Assembly (NCBI GenBank): GCA_016191335.1
Contig: JACPOW010000051.1
Coordinates: 12,162 to 76,161, forward strand
Reading direction: 5' to 3'
Length of the DNA: 64,000 nt
DNA from: Elusimicrobiota bacterium
Lineage (GTDB): Bacteria; Elusimicrobiota; Elusimicrobia; UBA1565; UBA9628
Made by a program: the position numbers and the translations under genes. Positions 20,317-26,356 of this stretch are shown in pieces. Numbering within the stretch: the stretch's first letter is position 1; every line of letters starts with the position of its first letter. The notes under the pieces were generated by a model. It saw nothing but the letters and a program-made list of their open reading frames with translations. It was not told the DNA's origin and made no database searches.

Positions 20317-21350
20317 GACGCCTTCTCGAGGAGCTTGCTCTCGAGCTCCCTCACCTTGGCCACGAGCTCGGGAAGCTTGGCGAGCGAGGCGTTGATGCGG
20401 TGCATCTCCTTGGCCGGGCGCGCGGGAGTCCCGAACAGGATGTCCTTGGGCGCGGTGTCCTGCGCCACGGCGGAGGCGCCCATCACGATGGTGCCGGCCG
20501 CCAGGCGCAGGTGGTCCTTGACGATCACGTTGCCCGACAGCATGACCCCGTCCTCGAGGACGACGGAGCCGCCGATGGCGGTGTTGCCCACGATGTAGAT
20601 GAAGCGGCCGACGCGGCAGTTGTGGCCGATGTGCACCTGGTCGTCGGTCTTGGTGTGGACGCCGACCGTCGTGCTCTCGATCGTCGCGCGGTCGATGGTG
20701 TTCGACGCGCCGATCTCCACGTCGTCGGCGATGATCACGTTGCCGATGTGGGGGATCTTGTGCCGCTCGCCGGGCCGGTCGTAGAAGCCGAAGCCGTCGG
20801 CCCCGATCGAGGTCGCGCTGTGCACGAGGCAGCGCTTGCCGATCACGCAGTCGTAGCCGATGACGGTGTTCGAGCGGATGACCGAGTCCTCGCCGATCCG
20901 CGCGCGGGTCTCGATCACGGCGCCGGGCCAGATCACGGCGCGAGCCCCGACCTCGGCGCCGTCCATCACGACGGCGCCGGGCAGCACGGAGGCCGTCGGG
21001 TCGATCTTGGCGCCCGGATGCACGAGCGGCTCCTTCGACACGCCGGGCGCGAACTTCGGCTTGCGGTCGAAATGGCCGAGGAGCTTGATGAAGGCGAGGC
21101 GGGCGTCGCCCGTGACGGCCACGGCCCGCGGGAACTGAGGGGCCAGCTCGGCCGTGGTCAGTATGATGCCATTATTGGAAGCGAGGGGGTGACGCTTCAG
21201 CACCGACTTCGATTCGATGAAGTAGACGAAGCCGTCCTCGAGAGCCTGCTCGGGGGACAGCCGTTCGATGTCGCGCAGGCCTTTGACCTCGGCCCGGGGA
21301 TCGCCCTTGACCTCTCCGCCCAGCAGGCGGGCCAGCTCTTCGATCGTGAT
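20313..21350 (-). CDS. lpxD: UDP-3-O-acylglucosamine N-acyltransferase
   Basis: Left-handed beta-helix hexapeptide repeats plus a C-terminal helix. The LpxD-type N-terminal domain (TITIEELARLLGGEVKGD...) continues in frame upstream of the tracked GTG 21203. There is no ATG/GTG/TTG there, but GGAGG is at 21359-21355. The 5' end is provisional (ATC 21350). Confidence 0.85.
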   Translation of the reverse strand: MTIEELARLLGGEVKGDPRAEVKGLRDIERLSPEQALEDGFVYFIESKSVLKRHPLASNNGIILTTAELAPQFPRAVAVTGDARLAFIKLLGHFDRKPKFAPGVSKEPLVHPGAKIDPTASVLPGAVVMDGAEVGARAVIWPGAVIETRARIGEDSVIRSNTVIGYDCVIGKRCLVHSATSIGADGFGFYDRPGERHKIPHIGNVIIADDVEIGASNTIDRATIESTTVGVHTKTDDQVHIGHNCRVGRFIYIVGNTAIGGSVVLEDGVMLSGNVIVKDHLRLAAGTIVMGASAVAQDTAPKDILFGTPARPAKEMHRINASLAKLPELVAKVRELESKLLEKAS

Positions 21351-21408
21351 AGTGCCTCCGTGCGAGCCGGCGCGAGCTAATTTGCGCTTATTTTTTAAGG
21401 GGAAAATG

Positions 21409-21486
21409 TGGGGTGACCGAGGGGACTTGAACCCCCGACCTCAGCGTTCACAGCGCTGCGCTCTAACCAGCTGAGCTACGGCCACC
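21409..21486 (-). tRNA. tRNA-His (anticodon GTG)
   Basis: Hand-folded 78-nt cloverleaf: G-1, acceptor GTGGCCG/CGGTCAC, anticodon loop CTGTGAA, T-arm GGGGG-TTCAAGT-CCCCT, discriminator C and encoded CCA. TATAAT at 21503-21498 upstream. Confidence 0.93.
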
Positions 21487-21601
21487 ACCTGCCGGGGATT
21501 ATAACACTTTTCCGGCCGAACCCCACCTAGGCCCTTGGGCCCAGAAGGTCCCAGGCCCCACGCCCCATGTCGGGTCTTCGACCCCCCGCTATACTTTAGG
21601 C

Positions 21602-22843
21602 ATGAAGAGAAACCTGACGAAGACTGGCTGGACCGTCCTCACCATCGCGCTGGCCGCTCTTCTGTTCACCCCTCCGGCGGGCGCGAAAACCACCAAGAAG
21701 GCGGCCAAGTCCAAGGCCAACCCCGAGGCCCAGCGCCTGATGTCGGCCGGCCTCGCGAACCTGGAAGCCGGAGAGACCTCCGCCGCGATCTCGACCTTCA
21801 ACAAGGCCGTGCGCAAGGAAGGCTCGGTGTCCACCTACTTCCTGCTGGGCTGGGCCCACTACCAGCGCGGCTTCAAGCTCGGCTCGACCGAGTCAGCGGA
21901 CCGCGACGACGCCCAGTCCGCGATCGACGCCTACGCGATGGCCCTGAGCCTCGATTCGTCGCTGAAGGAGCTGCCCGACGCCTCCCGCCTGTACTTCTCG
22001 ATGGCCCTGTGCTACGAGGCCGTGCAGTCCTACGACAAGGCGCTCGACGCGTACAAGATGGCGTTCCGCGCCGCGCCGAACAAGGCCCTGATCCCGATGA
22101 ACGCCGCCCGCCTGCGCCTGAAGATGGGCGACACCGCCAAGGCCGTCTCCAACATCGACCTGGCGATGGCCAAGGCGATGAAGAACGGCCAGGCCAAGAC
22201 GCTGCGCGACGCCGTCCGCCGCGACCCCGCCTTCGCCCCGCTGATCGCCAACGGCGCCTCCCGCAAGGCCCTCGGCATCGGCTCTTCGGAAGACGGCGAA
22301 GCCGTCGCCGACCTCGGCATCCGCGGCGAGGAGATGCGCGACGCCGTCCGCGACACCGCCCCGAAGCCCGTCGCCCCGGCCCAGGACGCCGAGGTCCTCG
22401 AGAAGATCGCCCAGGGCAACGTCGAGTTCAAGTTCCGCCGCTACCTGTCCGCGGTCTCCTCCTACAACGAGGCCCTGTCCCTCGACCAGGAGCGCCTGAC
22501 CTTGGGCGCGCCGCAGACCGCGCAGATCTACGAGAAGATCGGGACGGCCTGCAACAAGCTCGGTCAGTCGGAAGTGGCCATCCGCTCCCTCCAGAAGGCC
22601 CTTCAGCAGAACCCGATGAACCCGTCGGCGCACTACCAGATCGCCACGGCCTACGCGATGTCCGGCAAGACCGCCGTCGCGCTGCGCGCCCTGGACGAGT
22701 CCTTCAAGGCCTGCGCCGGCCCCAACGACCTGCGCCGCTTCGTGATGCAGGCCAAGACCGACACCGAGCTCGAGGCGGTGCGCGACCTCCCGGCCTTCCG
22801 CTCCACCGTCGCCAAGTACTCCGACCGCGTCGCCCTGCGCTAA
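21602..22843 (+). CDS. TPR-repeat protein, secreted
   Basis: Signal peptide (TVLTIALAALLFTPPAGA) followed by multiple 34-aa TPR-like units (A..Y..AL..P pattern). Confidence 0.8.
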   Translation: MKRNLTKTGWTVLTIALAALLFTPPAGAKTTKKAAKSKANPEAQRLMSAGLANLEAGETSAAISTFNKAVRKEGSVSTYFLLGWAHYQRGFKLGSTESADRDDAQSAIDAYAMALSLDSSLKELPDASRLYFSMALCYEAVQSYDKALDAYKMAFRAAPNKALIPMNAARLRLKMGDTAKAVSNIDLAMAKAMKNGQAKTLRDAVRRDPAFAPLIANGASRKALGIGSSEDGEAVADLGIRGEEMRDAVRDTAPKPVAPAQDAEVLEKIAQGNVEFKFRRYLSAVSSYNEALSLDQERLTLGAPQTAQIYEKIGTACNKLGQSEVAIRSLQKALQQNPMNPSAHYQIATAYAMSGKTAVALRALDESFKACAGPNDLRRFVMQAKTDTELEAVRDLPAFRSTVAKYSDRVALR

Positions 22844-22860
22844 GATACTAAGGAGGGGGC

Positions 22861-23727
22861 ATGACCCTCGCTTGCCTTCTGTTGCTGGCGGTGACCCCGG
22901 CCCCGGCCGGAGAGCTGGACTACGCGCCCGCGTCCGCGATCGTCGAGAAGGCGCGCGGGGCGTGGTTCCGCAAGGTCGTCTCGCCCGAAGGCGCCGCCTT
23001 CGAGGGCCTCGAGGCCTGGGGCGTCCTGCCCAAGCCCTCCTTCGACCCCGCGCGCGAGCACAGCGCCACCCCCGGCGAGGACGCCTACAAGAGCGGCCCC
23101 CTCGACCGTCCCGACGTCTACCTCGGCCTCCACGCCGACGGCGCCGAGGTGGACGCGGGCCTGATCTGGGACCGCGTCTACGACCGCGACGGCCGCGACA
23201 CGGGGGAGTTCGCCTACCGCGTGTACTGGCGCACGAGCAAGGGCGGCTGGAGCAACCCCGCGCCCGGCGCTGCCGACGACCTCTACCTCCGCCCCGGCGA
23301 GCGCTTCGCCCTGACCTTGCGAGCCCTTCCCGACGGCTCCGCCCGGCTCTCGGTGCGCCGCGCCGGGGCCGACGCCGCCTCCGCCGGCTACCAGTTCCCG
23401 GTCCCCGGCCTGCTCGCCGCGAACGGCTCCCTCAAACCCCTTTCCTTTAAGAGAGTCCATTCCCTCGACCAGTTCCGCCTCGAGGGGGGGCGCCGCCGCG
23501 GCAACGAGGGCCGCCCCGCTTTGCCCACGCGCACCGCGCTCGAGGGCGGCCGCTGGGAAGGCGCGCACCTCCTCAGGTCCGACGGCTCCCGCGCCGCCAT
23601 GGCGGGGGGGCTGGCGACCGTCGCCCGGGGCGTCGACGCCGCGGGCCGCTACGGCGCGGTGTTCCCCGGAGCCGGCGTGGGCAAGGGCGGCGCGGAAGAG
23701 ATGCGAATCCTGCCTCCTCGCTCTTAA
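22861..23727 (+). CDS. secreted hypothetical protein
   Basis: 288 aa with signal peptide MTLACLLLLAVTPAPAGE and AAGGAGGG SD. No family recognised. Confidence 0.6.
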   Translation: MTLACLLLLAVTPAPAGELDYAPASAIVEKARGAWFRKVVSPEGAAFEGLEAWGVLPKPSFDPAREHSATPGEDAYKSGPLDRPDVYLGLHADGAEVDAGLIWDRVYDRDGRDTGEFAYRVYWRTSKGGWSNPAPGAADDLYLRPGERFALTLRALPDGSARLSVRRAGADAASAGYQFPVPGLLAANGSLKPLSFKRVHSLDQFRLEGGRRRGNEGRPALPTRTALEGGRWEGAHLLRSDGSRAAMAGGLATVARGVDAAGRYGAVFPGAGVGKGGAEEMRILPPRS

Positions 23728-23743
23728 GTTGCTATAATGACCC

Positions 23744-24451
23744 GTGGCTTATTCGAAGCGAGACGCGCCCAATTGCGATTGGTGCCCCTATAAGAAGAAC
23801 TGCTTTTACGAGCTCCTCGGCACGAAGGAGTCGAAGAAGGCCTGGCGCGAGATCCGTCTCGCGCACCCGCACAAGCGCGGCGAGGTGATCTTCCACGAAG
23901 GCTCGATGCCCCAGGGCGTCTACGTCGTCTGCACCGGCAAGGTGAAGATCTACAAGTCGAGCCGCACCGGCCAGCAGCTCACCACGCGCGTCGAGTCCCC
24001 CGGGGACCTGCTGGGCCACGTGACCTTGCTCGCCGACGAGGGCGCCTACACCAGCACCGGCGAGGCCCTCGAGCCCAGCATCGTCTCGATGATCGACAAG
24101 AACACCTTCTACAACTTCCTCTCCAAATACCCGCCCGCCGCGCACGCGCTGATGAAGGAGCTCGCCAAGGACGTCCGCCGCGGCGAGAACAAGGCGCGCG
24201 ACATCGCCTTCAAGCCCGCCCGCGGCCGCCTGGCCGACACCCTGATCCGCATGATGGTCGTCAAGAAGCCTTTCCCGGTCGTCGCCGGCATCAAGCGCCG
24301 CGACCTCGCCGAGATGGCGGGCCTCACCATCGAGACCACGGTGCGCCTGCTCAAGGACTTCGAGGAGCGCGACGTGCTGCGCAAGAAGGAGAAGGACCTC
24401 CTGATCCTCTCCGAGGAGCGCCTCCGCGCCCTGTCGGGCTCCGTGTCCTAA
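23744..24451 (+). CDS. Crp/Fnr family transcriptional regulator, FNR-like N-terminal Cys cluster
   Basis: cNMP-binding-like beta-roll and a C-terminal HTH (RRDLAEMAGLTIETTVRLLKDF). The N-terminus has C11-x2-C14-x5-C20. GTG start lies 5 nt after TATAAT (23733-23738). Confidence 0.88.
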   Translation: MAYSKRDAPNCDWCPYKKNCFYELLGTKESKKAWREIRLAHPHKRGEVIFHEGSMPQGVYVVCTGKVKIYKSSRTGQQLTTRVESPGDLLGHVTLLADEGAYTSTGEALEPSIVSMIDKNTFYNFLSKYPPAAHALMKELAKDVRRGENKARDIAFKPARGRLADTLIRMMVVKKPFPVVAGIKRRDLAEMAGLTIETTVRLLKDFEERDVLRKKEKDLLILSEERLRALSGSVS

Positions 24452-24510
24452 GGCTCACATCTCCTCTGGGCCCGCGGCCCACCCGGTCTAGGACCTTTGA
24501 CCTAGATCAA

Positions 24511-24524
24511 TTGATAAACATCAA
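24511..24524 (+). promoter_or_regulatory. perfect FNR-type box TTGAT-AAAC-ATCAA upstream of peptide gene A
   Basis: Exact match to TTGAT-N4-ATCAA. Its centre is 52.5 bp upstream of the first base of the -10-like hexamer TATACT (24570-24575), which is 6 nt from ATG 24582. Confidence 0.65.
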
Positions 24525-24581
24525 GCTTCGGGGTTGTCCAATCTCATCGGAGATTACAATCATGCGCGTTATACTGTATGC

Positions 24582-24824
24582 ATGATCAACCTCATCCTGA
24601 CGCTCTCGCTCTCGACCTTCAACCCCGCTCCGGCGACCCAGACGGCCCAGTTCCGGCCCTGCGTGTGGCCCAACGTCTGCAAGACCGCTCCCGCTCCGGT
24701 GAGCGTCGCCCAGTTCCGGCCCTGCGTGTGGCCCAACGTCTGCAAGACGCAGACCGCCCCGGTGATCGAAGTCGCCCAGTTCACCACCTGCGTGTACCCG
24801 CGCAAGTGCGGCAAGAAGGCCTGA
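24582..24824 (+). CDS. small Cys/Trp/Pro-repeat peptide A (80 aa, three C-V-[WY]-P-x-x-C modules)
   Basis: MINLILTLSLSTFNPAPATQT-AQFRPCVWPNVCKT-APAPVSV-AQFRPCVWPNVCKT-QTAPVIEV-AQFTTCVYPRKCGKKA. It has two paralogues downstream and its own terminator. Synonymous differences between paralogues preserve the module. Confidence 0.7.
   Translation: MINLILTLSLSTFNPAPATQTAQFRPCVWPNVCKTAPAPVSVAQFRPCVWPNVCKTQTAPVIEVAQFTTCVYPRKCGKKA
24645..24748 (+). repeat. exact 41-nt direct repeat (24645-24685 and 24708-24748), period 63 nt, inside peptide gene A
   Basis: gcccagttccggccctgcgtgtggcccaacgtctgcaagac occurs twice, encoding AQFRPCVWPNVCK. Confidence 0.95.
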
Positions 24825-24856
24825 GACTTTAAAGCCGACCTCGAACCGGCGCCGTC

Positions 24857-24891
24857 AGAAGACCCCGACCCCTCGGGGTCTTCTTCTTTTT
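24857..24891 (+). terminator. rho-independent terminator of peptide gene A
   Basis: 12-bp stem agaagaccccga/tcggggtcttct with loop CCCC, followed by a T-rich tail (tcttttt). Confidence 0.8.
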
Positions 24892-24938
24892 ATGACGCCT
24901 CTTGAACGCGGCGTGTCGGACCGGTCACGGTTACATTA

Positions 24939-24952
24939 ATGACGAGCATCAA
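24939..24952 (+). promoter_or_regulatory. FNR-like half-conserved box aTGAC-GAGC-ATCAA upstream of peptide gene B
   Basis: Right half is perfect and the left half matches 3/5. Same 52.5-bp centre-to-hexamer distance, here to TACACT (24998-25003), which is 6 nt from ATG 25010. Confidence 0.5.
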
Positions 24953-25009
24953 ACGCGGGCATTGACCGTCCTCCTAGGGGGTTTTCCGGGGGCGGGGTAC
25001 ACTGTCTCC

Positions 25010-25201
25010 ATGATCAACCTCATTTTGACGCTCTCGCTGTTCAACGCCCAGCCCGCGCCGAAGACGGCCCAGTTCCGTCCCTGCGTGTGGCCCAATACGT
25101 GCAAGACCGCGCCGGCCCCCGTGATCGCCCAGTTCACGACCTGCGTCTGGCCCAAGACCTGCGGAAAGAAGAAGGCCGCCCCCAGCCTCATCGCCCTGTA
25201 A
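25010..25201 (+). CDS. small Cys/Trp/Pro-repeat peptide B (63 aa, two modules)
   Basis: MINLILTLSLFNAQPAPKT-AQFRPCVWPNTCKT-APAPVI-AQFTTCVWPKTCGKKKAAPSLIAL. Paralogue of A. Confidence 0.7.
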   Translation: MINLILTLSLFNAQPAPKTAQFRPCVWPNTCKTAPAPVIAQFTTCVWPKTCGKKKAAPSLIAL

Positions 25202-25227
25202 GCCGACCTCGAACCGGCGCGACGCAC

Positions 25228-25263
25228 GGGAGCCTCCGACCCCTCGGAGGCTCCCTCTCTTTT
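25228..25263 (+). terminator. rho-independent terminator of peptide gene B
   Basis: 12-bp stem gggagcctccga/tcggaggctccc with loop CCCC, then tctctttt. Confidence 0.8.
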
Positions 25264-25279
25264 GATTGAGCGCGATCAA

Positions 25280-25293
25280 GTGACGCAGATCAA
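25280..25293 (+). promoter_or_regulatory. FNR-like box gTGAC-GCAG-ATCAA upstream of peptide gene C
   Basis: Same 52.5-bp centre-to-hexamer distance, here to TATCCT (25339-25344). A TTGAT-N8-ATCAA element lies just upstream (25262-25279). Confidence 0.45.
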
Positions 25294-25372
25294 GTTCCAA
25301 AATTGACACGGGTCCTCGGCGGTTCCGCGGGGAAGCGATATCCTGTCATCAACGATTTAGGAGGACACGAAC

Positions 25373-25645
25373 ATGATGACCTTGATTCTCGCGACGTTCC
25401 TGACGGCGACCCCGGCCCCCGTGACGACGGCTCAGTTCCGCCCGTGCGTGTGGCCCAACACCTGCACGGTCGCTCCCGCGACCTCGACCGCGCCCGCCCC
25501 CGTCGTGACCCCGGCGGTCGCCCAGTTCCAGCCCTGCGTGTGGCCCAAGACCTGCACGGTCGCTCCCGCGACCTCGAGCGTCCCGGCGCCCGTGATCGCG
25601 TCCGGCCCGGTGTCGACCTGCGTCTGGCCCAACAAGTGCGGCTGA
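25373..25645 (+). CDS. small Cys/Trp/Pro-repeat peptide C (90 aa, three modules)
   Basis: MMTLILATFLTATPAPVTT-AQFRPCVWPNTCTV-...-AQFQPCVWPKTCTV-...-VSTCVWPNKCG. AGGAGG SD (25359-25364) lies 8 nt upstream. Confidence 0.75.
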   Translation: MMTLILATFLTATPAPVTTAQFRPCVWPNTCTVAPATSTAPAPVVTPAVAQFQPCVWPKTCTVAPATSSVPAPVIASGPVSTCVWPNKCG

Positions 25646-25667
25646 GCTGAGCGCCCGAACGAAGAAG

Positions 25668-25697
25668 AAGCCCCGTCCTCTCGGACGGGGCTTTTCA
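25668..25697. terminator. hairpin terminator between convergent peptide gene C and upp
   Basis: 11-bp stem aagccccgtcc/ggacggggctt with loop tctc, a T-rich 3' flank on the + strand and an A/G-rich 5' flank. Confidence 0.7.
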
Positions 25698-25721
25698 TTT
25701 CCCGGTGCGCCGTTGGCGCGG

Positions 25722-26345
25722 TCAGGTGTTGAAGAGTCGGTCGCCGGCGTCGCCGAGGCCCGGGACGATGTAGCCCTTCGCGTTGAGGACGGAGTCCACC
25801 ACCGCGGTGTACACCGGGACGTCGGGGTGGTCCTTGTGGATGCGGGCCACGCCGCGGCGGGAGGAGAGCAAGGTCAGCAAAGCGATGCCCTTCGCGCCGT
25901 GGGCCTTCAAAATACGGATGGACTCGGAGGCGGAGCCGCCGGTGGCGAGCATCGGGTCGCACAGGACGACGAAGTGCTCGGCGAGCTTCTTGGGGAGCCG
26001 GACGTAGTACTGGACGGGCTCGAGCGTCTTCTCGTCGCGGTACAGGCCGATGTGGCCGATCGAGGCCTTGGGGGCCAGCTCCAGCAGGCCCGGGGTCATG
26101 CCGAGGCCCGCGCGCAGGACGGCGACGAAGGTCAGGGGCTGGTCGAGGACCAGGGCCGGCGCGGTCTGCAGCGGCGTGCGGACCGTCGTCTTGCGCGTGC
26201 GCACGCCCTTGAGGACCTCGCAGCCGATGAGCATGGCCACCTCGGCCATCAGGCGGCGGAAGTCCTCCGGCTTCGTGTTCTTGTCGCGCAGGCGCGCGAG
26301 CTTGTCCGAGACGAGGGGATGATCGCTGACGAATAGCTTGGGCAT
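25722..26345 (-). CDS. upp: uracil phosphoribosyltransferase
   Basis: 207 aa. MPKLFVSDHPLV..., PRPP loop VLCDPMLATGGS and C-terminal YIVPGLGDAGDRLFNT. Confidence 0.93.
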   Translation of the reverse strand: MPKLFVSDHPLVSDKLARLRDKNTKPEDFRRLMAEVAMLIGCEVLKGVRTRKTTVRTPLQTAPALVLDQPLTFVAVLRAGLGMTPGLLELAPKASIGHIGLYRDEKTLEPVQYYVRLPKKLAEHFVVLCDPMLATGGSASESIRILKAHGAKGIALLTLLSSRRGVARIHKDHPDVPVYTAVVDSVLNAKGYIVPGLGDAGDRLFNT

Positions 26346-26356
26346 GGCGGCTCCGT

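Noticed and set aside
24600-25640. Repetitive DNA that could be mistaken for a CRISPR array or a non-coding tandem repeat
   Set aside because: The repeats are in-frame coding modules spread over three separately terminated ORFs. Only two copies are identical, there is no constant repeat/spacer periodicity, and no cas genes are present in the window.
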